From Anaeramoeba ignava BMAN (lineage: Eukaryota; Protista; Anaeramoebae): 64,000 bases of DNA. Numbering within the stretch: the stretch's first letter is position 1; every line of letters begins with the position of its first letter. Positions 37,826-48,747 of this stretch are shown here, piece by piece. The stretch covers positions 62,001 to 126,000 of the forward strand of contig JAPDFW010000113.1 in the NCBI GenBank assembly GCA_028826165.1. Reading direction: 5' to 3'. The position numbers and the translations under genes are program-made. Under the pieces are notes generated by a model that made no database searches, was not told the origin of the DNA, and worked only from the letters and a program-made list of their open reading frames with translations.

Positions 37826-40800
37826 TTATTTTTTTATATTTTCAAAAGATTTCCATAAATTTTTTGGATAACGAACAAATCCAAATTCAAAAATATAAGT
37901 TCCATATAAAAATTTGCATTTGTTAACTAAAGAAAGAGAATTAAAAGGATTAGAACTTTTACGAACAAATTTTTCTTTTTCTATTCCTCTTTTCGGATTT
38001 TTGATAAGTTTATTAAAATCTGTTTCAATAAATCCATTTATAAACCCATTATCATTTTCATTTTGATTTTCAATTTGATTTCGATTTTGATTTAGATTTA
38101 GATTTTGATTTTGATTTATATTTTGATTTTGATTTTGATTTTCATTTTGATTTTGATTTTGATTTTGATTTTGATTTTGATTTTGATTTTGATTTTGATT
38201 TTGATTTTGATTTTGATTTTGATTTATATTTTCATTTTGATTTTGATTTTGATTTTGATTTTCAATTTGAATTTTATTTTCATTTTGATTTTGATTTTGA
38301 TTTTGATTTTGATTTTGATTTTGATTTTGATTTTTATTTTCATTTTGATTTTCATTTTGATTTTCATTTTTATTTTGATTTTGATTTTCAATTTGATTTT
38401 GATTTTGATTTTGATTTTCATTTTCATTTTCATTTTCATTTTGATTTTGATTTTGATTTTGATTTTTATTTTGATTTTGATTTTCATTTTGATTTTGATT
38501 TTGATTTTGATTTTGATTTTCATTTTGATTTTTAATTTCAATTTCATTTTGATTTTGATTTTGATTTTGATTTTGATTTTCATTTTGATTTTGATTTTTA
38601 TTTTGATTTTGATTTTGATTTTGATTTTCATTTTTAATTTGATTTTGATTTTTATTTTGATTTTGATTTTTATTTTGATTTTCATTTTCATTTTGATTTT
38701 GATTTTGATTTTTATTTTGATTTTGATTTTGATTTTGATTTTGATTTAGATTTTCATTTTGATTTTGATTTTGATTTTCAATTTGATTTTGATTTTGATT
38801 TTCAATTTGATTTTGATTTTCATTTTCATTTTCATTTTGATTTTGATTTTCATTTTGATTTTCAATTTGATTTTGATTTTCAATTTCATTTTGATTTTGA
38901 TTTTGATTTTGATTTTCAATTTCATTTTTAATTTGATTTTGATTTTCAATTTCATTTTTAATTTCATTTTCATTTTCATTTTCATTTTCATTTTTATTTT
39001 CAATTTTATTTTTATTTTCAATTTTATTTTCATTTTCATTTTCATTTTTAATTTCAATTTTATTTGTATTTGCTTCTTCTTTATCTAAATCAAATCCAAA
39101 TTGTAAGCAAGAAAGATAAAACAAATAAGCACTATCAACTTGTTGCAAATCCATTAAACATTGAAAAACTTTATAAAAATAACCAATCATTAAATAAAGT
39201 TCGATAGCTTTTTGATAATTTTTTTTTGTAATTAAATGATTAGCATAATTTTCAAAAAATTTTCGACTTTTCTCAAAAGATAAATGATATTTTGCAATTT
39301 GACAAGAATAGTTCCATTTATGAACATTTTGGAGTAATTCACAAGCATATTCATATAAACCAACAGAACATAAAAGTTCAGCACCATCAAAATAATTATT
39401 ATTTTCAATTAAATTTGTGCCAATAATTTTGATTGTTTGAATATATGCTTCTTTTGATATTTGAACTGAAAATGTTGTTGCAAAAAGCATATTTCTGAAA
39501 AAATTTGGATCATTAACTGGTGTTTTCATAAGTATTTCTAATCCCTTTTCTCGCTCATTTATTAGACTATAATTTTTTACAATCTCTCGGAAATGTGGAT
39601 TTCCATTTTCAAGAATTTTTGAATGAATGTTGGCTGTTTGAAGTTTTTCTCTAGTTAAAATTTCTTGATTTTGAAATAATCCCAAATTTGAAGATAATTG
39701 GAATTTGTGTTCTTGTTTTGAATGAGAAAAATAATCATCTTGAATAAAATTTTCATCTTCATTTTTAATTTCAATTTCATTTTTAATTTCATTTTCAATT
39801 TCATTTTCAATTTCAATTTCATTTTCATTTTGATTTAAATTTTGATTTAAATTTTGATTTGAAAAATGTTGAAGAAAACGAAGAACTAATTTCCAAAATC
39901 TTTCTTCTTTTGAATCTCCAAATATTATTGAAGTGGCAATACATAATTCAGGAAAATTTTGACAATTTTCAATTTGTTTCTTTTTTTTCCTGGAAAAGGA
40001 ATCAATTAATTTAATCAAATTCATTTCATCCAAATTATCACTATCTCTTAAAAGGAAGAATTCATTTTGATTAAAATTTGTTGGTTGTTTATCATAAATT
40101 TTAAGTCCATGTTGAAAAGCAACTTTTAGTTGAGAAAATAATTTTGGAGAAAGTAAATATGGATTTTCTGTTGGAATTGGAGGATTCTCAGAATTAATAA
40201 TTTTGTTTAAAATTGCTAATTTTTTATTTAAAATTCTTAAACATCCATCACTACACACTATTTTTAAAATTAAAAAAAAAAGAAAAAGAAAATGTTTTAA
40301 ATTTTTAACTGAAATTTTCAAATTGAATTTAAATTTTATACAAGCAATAAGTGAATGATCTGAAATCCAATCGATATATTCAATTTTATAATTCAAATCC
40401 AATTTGGAATTATTTAAATATGTTTTTTTCAATAATGTTAAATCAGCAATCATTAATCCTCCATCATTAAATAAAATTAAAAATTTTAAAGATTGTTCAT
40501 TTGGTGATAATTGAATTTGCTTAATTTTATTTGATCCAACAGAAAAGTTGGTTTTTTTTGGTTCTGGATAATTTATAACACAAAATAATTGACCTGAATC
40601 ATTCCCAAATATTAAAAGACTTTTAATAAAAAAAGATTAATATTAAAAAATTTTTATCCAATTTTTGTTTTTGTTTAAATTACGAATTATTTTGAGCTAT
40701 ACAACTCAATTTAGTCATTGGTTTTAAAAATTGAATTGCATTTAAAGTTGAAATCATTCGATCTTTAATTTCCATCATAATTCCAATTGCTATCAAAAAA

Positions 40801-43507
40801 TAAATAATAAATAATAAAAAATAAAAAATAAATAATAAATAATAAATAATAAATAATAAATAATAAATAATAAATAAATAAAACAAACTTTCTGTTTGAG
40901 AAATGTAAATAAATGCTTCTATAGAAGGATCTGCATTTCCAATCCAAATTAAATCAACAATTTCCTTTTTATAAATTGAATCAAATTTATCTGAAAAAAA
41001 AAGATCCCAAATTTCAGGTGATCTTAATTTTATTTTGATTTATAAATGGGAAAAAAAATAAAAAAAATAAAAATCCAATTTAAAATGTTTGATGTGTTTT
41101 TTTTTTGTAATTTAAATAAATAGTTACGATTTATGATAAATAATTGCTAAATAACGTTTTGTTGGTGATAAACGAATTTTTGAAATATAATCATTATCTA
41201 ATAAATTCAGTTTAATTGCAGATAAATCTCCACTTCGAATATCAAGAAAAAATATTTGGTTTCTGTAAAAATTTTGTTCTCTAAAAAAAACAAATTTTTT
41301 AATTAAAAAAAAAAATCGGATAAAAATTTTTCTTTTAAAAAATTAATTGGATTTACAATGAATAACCAAAACAAATAAGAATATTATCAGAAATCCATTC
41401 CAATCCTTCAATAGGTGTTTTCATAATATGAAATGATGATATAATTAATGAATGTTTTAAACTAAAAATCTATTTGAAATTGAAAAAGAAAATTGTTGTT
41501 TTTTTTTGTTTTTAAATTTGGAAATGAAAATGAAAAAATGTTTAAAATTAACTTGAATAGTTCCATTTTGTGTTCCAATAGCAATTAAATCACGATTAAA
41601 TTGTGAAACTCGAATTAATTTTCTTGACAGATCAACCAATTCAAATAAACCAGATAACACAAAATTATATTGATATTCTTGATTTGTAACAAATTTCTTT
41701 TTTGATTTAAAAGTCCATTTCCAACTAAAATTAACCAAAAAAAAAATCAAATTAAATGAACAAAATTTCAATTTTGCTTTTTTTGGATTAAAAAATGTAA
41801 CTACATTTGATTATCAGCAATAAATAAAAATTTTGATGATTCAAAAGGAGAAGCAACTAATTTTGAAAGAATTAATTGTTCTTTTTTTTTAATGATTCGA
41901 ACCATTTCACTTAATGTCACCATTTGATAAAAAACTTCATCATGATCAATACATTGGATCCAAACACTGAGACTTGCATCTTCATGTAAACAAAACAAGT
42001 AGTTCTTTGCTCTTGTCAGAACTAATTGAATAAAGGACGGTTTTGTTTGATCCAAAATTATTTTTGAAATGACTTTTGTAATTCGTAAATCCGTTATACA
42101 AATTTCTCTTTGAAAAACTGAATAAACTATTTTTTTGTTATATGGATCAAAGAGTACTTGTTTTATGGGAAAATCTTTTTTGACTTGGTTTTGATTTTCT
42201 TGTGCCAAATAATTATTTGTTATTGTGTGATCTTGATCAATCGTTTTTTGGAATTTTTCTGGTTTTTCTTGAATTTTTCGAACTTGAATAATTTTCAAAT
42301 AAAAAAAAATATCAAAATAATCAGTTTATTTTCTTTTTTTCTTTTTTCTTTTTTCTTTGTTTTTTTTTTTCATTTTACTTTTTGTAATGAAAAGCAATCC
42401 AGATTCTGAAATGACTATCATTGTATATGGAGGTGAATGAGTTATTTCAAAAAATAAATATTGATTTTTCAATTCAGTTTTTTTCCCAAAATTAGTGTTC
42501 CAAATTTCAACAATTTCTGGTTTAGATGGAGTTATATCGACAAACCACAATGTAATTGTTGAATTATTTTGTAATGTTAAAAAATAATATGGTTCAGTTT
42601 CAAGCCATTTGATTTGCAAAATGGTTCTTCGAAATTTTCGTGTTTTATTTTCGGGATTTTTTGCTATTATTTTTCCCAATATTGGTTCCCAAATAATTAA
42701 TTGTCCTGAAATATCTACTGATGCAAGAAGGATATTATGAGAATTTTCTATATTTTTCAGATCTAAAGTTGGAGACCTTTTCAAATTGATTTTTAATTTT
42801 TGATTTTAATTTTGATATAAATTTTAATTTTAATTTTAATTTTAATTTTAATTTTAATTTTAATTTTAATTTTAATTTTAATATTGATTTTAATTTTAAT
42901 TTTAATTTTAATTTTAATTTTAATATTGATTTTAATTTTAATTTTAATATTGATTTTAATTTTAATTTTGATTTTAATTTTAATTTTTGATATTGATTTT
43001 AATTTTAATTTTAATTTTAATTTTAATTTTAATTTTAATTTTAATTTTTTTTTAATATTAATTTTAATTTTGATATTGATTTTGAATTTTAATTTTAATT
43101 TTAATTTTAATTTTAATTTTAATTTTAATTTTAATTTTAATTTTTAATTTTAATTTTAATTTTAATTTCAATTTTAATTTTAATTTTTGATATTGATTTT
43201 AATTTTAATTTTAATTTTAATTTTAATTTTAAAAGAAAAAATAATTTTTAATTTTAATTTTAATCAAAAGAACATCAGAATCATGTCCTTGAAGAACTTG
43301 TATTATAGAAATATTATTTGGATTAATAATAACAATTACTGAATGAGATCCAAAAGCAATCATTCCTTGAGAACCCCAATTAATTGCATCTATTTTATTA
43401 AATTTTTTAATTGTAAATTTTTTTTTTGTTTTGAATTTATTTTATTTTTTACTTGTATTTGTTTCTAAAATTGTTCCAGAAATAATTGGTTGAATTAAAG
43501 AATTCAT
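37826..43507 (-). CDS. WDR11: WD repeat-containing protein 11 homolog, multi-exon, with a long NQ insert near the C-terminus
   Basis: N-terminal ISGTILETN.NAINWGSQGMIAFGSHSVIVII...IQVLQGH, LLASVDISGQLIIW, LFCLHEDASLSVW, IAIGTQNGTIQ, CSDGCLR, FGDSKEERFW and GAELLCSVG. One junction (~43275 to 42776) is not resolvable from this sequence. Confidence 0.82.
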
Positions 43508-43601
43508 TTAAAAATTGTTTTAATAAAAATTCAATAAAAAAAAACAAACAAAACAAAAAAAATAGGAAAAATGAAAAAAATGAAAAAAATGAAAAAATGA
43601 A

Positions 43602-44010
43602 AATGTATTTAATTTAATATTTAATTTATAAATTAATTTAAAAATATAATTTAATATTTAATTTTATTATTAAAATAATAATTTAATGTTTTAGATTTAA
43701 ATATTTTATTATTTAAATATTTAACATATAAATATAAAAAATGAGAATGTATTTAATTTAATATTCAATTTATAAATTAATTTAAAAATATAATTTAATA
43801 TTTAATTTTATTATTAAAATAATAATTTAATGTTTTAGATTTAAATATTTTATTATTTAAATATTTAACATATAAATATAAAAATAAGAATAGATTTAAT
43901 TTAATATTTAATTTATAAATTAATTTAAAAATATAATTTAATATTTAATTCCATTATTAAAATAATAATTTATTGTTTTAGATTTAAATATTTTATTATT
44001 TAAAAATATT
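43602..44010 (+). repeat. ~144-bp AT-rich tandem repeat, about 2.8 copies, upstream of the BTB-TLDc gene
   Basis: Unit ...AATGTATTTAATTTAATATTTAATTTATAAATT...TGTTTTAGATTTAAATATTTTATTATTTAAA starts at ~43602, ~43746 and ~43889. Confidence 0.85.
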
Positions 44011-44406
44011 TTGAAAATTGATTTTTTGAAATTAAAATTTTTATCTTTTTTTGAATTAAAATTGAATTAATATTTTTAATTTAAAAATATTTTTAAAATT
44101 TAAATTTATTAATAGGTTTAATTTTTTAAATTCAAAAATTAAATTAAAAATTAAATTAAAAATAATTTTCCTTTTTTTAATAAAAAATTAATAAAAATAA
44201 TAATAATTTATTAATAAATTAATTTAAAATAATAAATTAAAAAAGAAAAATTAAATTAATTATTAATTTAAATTTATTCTCATTTTTATATTTTTATTTA
44301 TTTCAAAATCATTATTAATTTTTTATTCATTTTTTATTTAAATTTTTTTTCATTTTTTTTCATTTTTTTTTAAAACAAAAACAAAAACAAAAAGCAAAAA
44401 CACAAA

Positions 44407-47400
44407 ATGGATAATAATAATCAAAATGAAAATGCAAATCAAAATCAAAATCAAAATGAAAATGAAAAATTTAGAAAAAAAAGTAACAAAAAATTTAATT
44501 AAAGATTATTCAAACCTTTTAAATGGAAATTCATTTAAAGATTTTTCAATTTTTGTTGAGAAAGAATCAAATCCTTTTGAAATTAAAGTTCATAAATCAA
44601 TTTTATCTTCAAGATCTCCTTTTTTTAATGAATCATTAAGGCAAGAATCTCTTTCTATTTCTTTAAATCAATTTAATAAAAAAGAAATGGAATCAATTTT
44701 GAGTTATATTTATTATGGAAATATTTCTTTTGAGAATCAAGAAAATCTTATTCAATTATTGGAAATTTCAATTTATTTTAAATTAAATTTATTGAAAGAA
44801 ATTATTCAAAAAAAAATTTTAAATTCAATTAATTATTCAAATTTTTTCCAATTTTTATTCCAAAATCGAAATTTAAATTCAAATGAAATTGAAATAAAAT
44901 GTTTTGAATTAATAAATCAAAATTTTTCCCAAATTCAAAATAATGAGAATTTATTCAATTTAACTAAAGAAGAAATTATCAAATTTATTCAATTTAAACA
45001 AGAAAAAAAAGAAATTTTTCAATTTGATTTTTTTCAATTTTTGGATAATTGGATTGAAAAAGAAATAAAAATTAAAAGGAAAAAGAAAAAGAAAAGGAAA
45101 GAAAGAAAAAGAAAAAGAAAAAGAAAAAGAAATTGAAAAGGAAATTGGAATTGAAAAGAAAAGATTATTTCATTCTTTTTTTTCATTATTTGATAAAGAT
45201 TCAATTTCAAAACAAGATTTTGATAAGTTAAAACAATTTGATATTTTTCTTCCAAATTCTTTTTTAATTGATATTGAAAGAACTATTTTTGAAATTCAAG
45301 ATCAAGAAAATCAAACAAGAATCAAAGAAAAAGATAAGAAAATTAAAAGAAGAGATAAAAGAATCAAAGAAAAAGATAAAAAAATCAAGTCATTTGAATC
45401 TGAAACTCAAAATTTGAAAAATGAAAATGAAAAGAAAGAAAAAGAAGTTGAAGATAAAAACAAAGAGATTGAAAAAATGAAACCTGTTTTTGATAAATAT
45501 CAAGAACAATATCAACAATATTTAGAATATGAATTGAAAAAGAAATTAGAAGAAATCAAAAAGAATTTCCCACAATTTTCAAATTCAAAAATAATTCAAG
45601 ATATTGAATATGTTAAGAAATTACAAGAATGGATAAATGATAATAAATTCTTTTCTAAAATAAAAAAAGGATTTTCAGCAAAAAAAGATGGATTTGATTC
45701 TCAAAAATTGCATTCAAAATGTGATAATAAAGGAAAAACATTAGTTATTATCAAAACAAAAGATAATTTTATTTTTGGAGGTTTTACTCAAGTTGGATTT
45801 ACAAATGATAAATCAAAATGGAGTGAAAAAGATACAAAATATGATTGGGGATTTATTCCAGATTCAAATGCATTTATTTTTTCATTAAGAAATGATAAAG
45901 GAGATAGAAAACCAGAGAAGTTTACAATTAAACAAGGAGAAGAAAAATATGCAATTTTTTATCATTTAAATTATGGTCCAACTTTTGGTGGAAGTAAATA
46001 TAAATAATTTATATTTAATAAATATTTATTATTAATATAATTAAAATTAAATTAATAAATAATCCAAAATATTAATATAATAAATAATAATATTATTTCA
46101 ATTTAAAATAAAATAAATTTTAAATTAAATTATTATTAATTATTATTAAAATTAATTATTTATTTTTATTAAAATAGAACGTAAATAATTTATATTTAAT
46201 AAATATTTATTATTATAATTAAAATTAAATTAATAAATAATCCAAAATATTAATATAATAAATAATATTATTATTTATTTAAAATTTAAAATAAAATTAA
46301 TTATTAATTATTATTAATTATTATAAAATTAATTATTTATCTTTATTAAAATAGTTGGTAAATAATATATATTTAACAAATATTTATTATTATTATTAAA
46401 AATTAAAATTAATAAATAATTCAAAATATTAATATAATAAATAATATTATTATTTTAAATTTAAAAATAAAATTAATTTTAAAATTAAATTATTTATTAA
46501 TTATTAAATTAAAATTAATTATTTATCTTTATTAAAATAGGTGGTAAATAATTTTATATTTAATAAATATTTATTATTATAATTAAAATTAAATTAATAA
46601 ATAATCAAAAATATTAATATAATAAATAATATTATTATTTCAATTTAAAATAAAATTAATTTTAAATTAAATTATTATTAATTATTATTAAAATTAATTA
46701 TTTATTTTTATTAAAAATAGAACGTAAATAATTTATATTTAATAAATATTTATTATTATAATTAAAATTAAATTTAAAATGAAAATAATCCAAAAATATT
46801 AATATAATAAATAATATTATTATTTAAATTTAAAATAAAATTAATTTTAAATTAAATTATTATTAAATATTATTAAAATTAATTATTTATCTTTATTAAA
46901 ATAGTTGGTAAATAATTTATATTTAACAAATATTTATTATTTATAATTAAAAATTAAATTAATAAATAATCTAAAATATTAATATAATAAATAATATTAT
47001 TATTTAAAATTTAAAATAAAATTAATTTTAAATTAAATTATTTATTAATTATTATTAAAATTAATTATTTATTTTTATTAAAATATTATTTTGTAAAATA
47101 ATTTATATTTTAACAATTATTTATTATTATAATTAAAATTAAATTAATAAATAATCCAGAAAATATTAATATAATAAATAATATTATTATTTCAATTTAA
47201 AATAAAAATTAATTTTAAAATTAAAATTATTATTAATTATTATTAAAATTTAATTATTTATTTTTATTAAAATAGATTGTAAATAATTTATATTTAATAA
47301 ATAATTATTATTATAATTAAAATTAAAATTAATAAATAATCAAAAATATTAATATAATAAATAATATTATTATTTAAATTTAAAATAAAATTAATTTTAA

Positions 47401-47803
47401 ATTAAATTATTATTAATTATTATTAAAATTAATTATTTATATTTATTAAAATAGCTTGTAAATAATTTATATTTAATAAATAATTATTATTATAATTAAA
47501 TTTAAATTAATAAATAATCAAAAATATTAATATAATAAATAATATTATTATTTCAATTTAAAATAAAAATTAATTTTAAATTAAATTATTATTAATTATT
47601 ATTAAAATTAATTATTTATCTTTATTAAAATATTTATAGTTGATATTAGTCTATATTCTAGTTTACAATCTGGTTATTCAAATTTTGGTCAAAGTTATAA
47701 TCTACCTAATGGAATTAAAGAAGAAACAGATGAAGTTCAAAGTTATTTAGCTGGTTCTTGGAATAAATGGGAAGTTGATGAACTTGAATCTTATTTCATT
47801 TAA
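44407..47803 (+). CDS. BTB/POZ + coiled-coil + TLDc domain protein (two frameshifts in A-runs: assembly error or pseudogene)
   Basis: BTB: KDFSIFV...IKVHKSILSSRSPFF...ILSYIYYG. TLDc: FSAKKDGFDSQKLHSKCDNKGKTLVIIKTKDNFIFGGFT, AFIFSLRN, GPTFGG. Last exon 47640-47803 DISL...SYLAGSWNKWEVDELESYFI*. Frameshifts near 44465 and 45070-45130. Confidence 0.82.
45994..47639 (+). repeat. Tandem array of nine ~180-bp GT-AG intron units separated by variable 3-nt spacers (putative microexons)
   Basis: Units start GTAAATA at 45994, 46181, 46358, 46544, 46724, 46908, 47093 (variant GTAAAATA), 47279 and 47458; most end TTATTAAAATAG. Spacers are AAC, TTG, GTG, AAC, TTG, (degenerate), ATT and CTT. Confidence 0.9.
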
Positions 47804-48100
47804 AAACTTTTTTTCATTTTTTTTTTCAAAATTTAATTCAATTTTAATTTAATTTTCAATCAAATTAAATTCTTTAAATCAATAAATAAGAAACAAATCT
47901 AATTTTAAACAATTTAATTTTAATTTAAAAATATTATTAAAAAGAAGATTAAATTGAAAAAAAGAAAAATTGAAAATATATAAAAATTGAAAATATAAAT
48001 TAATTATTATTAATTGTAAAATATTTTATAAAATATAAAATAGGAAAAAAATCAATTATAATTTATTATTAAAAAATTATTTAATAAAGAAATAAATTGA

Positions 48101-48244
48101 AAATATATTTTAAATAATAAAATATTTAAATATAAAACAATAAATTATTATTTTAATAATAAAATTAAATATTAAATTATATTTTTAAATTAATTTATAA
48201 ATTGAATATTAAATTAAACTTATTCTCATTTCTTATATTTATTT
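48101..48244 (-). repeat. Inverted copy of the 43602-44010 repeat unit
   Basis: The reverse complement reads ATGAGAATAAGTTTAATTTAATATTCAATTTATAAATTAATTTAAAAATATAATTTAATATTTAATTTTATTATTAAAATAATAATTTATTGTTTTATATTTAAATATTTTATTATTTAAAATAT, nearly identical to the upstream units. Confidence 0.85.
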
Positions 48245-48530
48245 AAATGAAAATGGAAAAGATTTTATAATTGAAAGAAAAGAAAAACAATATAAATTTC
48301 CAAAATTAATATTAATAATGAGAAGTGAATTATATCGAGGAATCTTTTTATCTTTAACAGAAGATATTTCCAATAAGTGAATTAAGTAATAAATCATTTC
48401 AAATATTTAAATATTGGATTTATTCAAATCAAATTAAAGATGAAATTGAAATTACACAAGAAATTATTAATGAAATTCAAATTGGAATTGATTATTTTCA
48501 ATTAAATCAAACAAATCCAAATTTATTTAA
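48245..48530 (+). pseudogene. 5'-truncated BTB-domain gene remnant
   Basis: Translates as NENGKDFIIERKEKQYKFPKLILIMRSELYRGIFLSLTEDISNK, then a frame break, then ELSNKSFQIFKYWIYSNQIKDEIEITQEIINEIQIGIDYFQLNQTNPNLF. This is a BTB pattern with no start and an internal disruption. Confidence 0.7.
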
Positions 48531-48747
48531 AATTGAAATAATTCTCCAAAATAAAAAATAAAAAAGAAAAAGAAATTTTTTTCATTTTTCTCATTTTTTA
48601 ATTAAAAAAAATTTGATCATTTTTCTCATTTAAATTAAAAAACAAAAAGTAAGAAAAATAAAATTTGAAATAAACAACACAAAAAAACATAAAATTATTT
48701 TAATTATTTTAACTTTATTTTTATTTAAATAAATTCAAATAGCCAAA

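Noticed and set aside
1844-43147. Many ORFs of ILILIL, KIKIKI, DFDFDF or NFNFNF type
   Set aside because: They are stop-free readings of hexamer microsatellites in introns, or alternative frames of NQ tracts, not genes.
792-43507. Functional cluster of endolysosomal genes (MIOS, Vps55, mucolipin, WDR11)
   Set aside because: They are interspersed with unrelated genes and cannot be distinguished from chance in one window.
45994-47639. CRISPR array or simple satellite interpretation of the ~180-bp repeat
   Set aside because: Repeats are ~180 bp and spacers 3 nt, there are no cas genes, and the context is eukaryotic. Unit boundaries coincide exactly with GT and AG splice signals.
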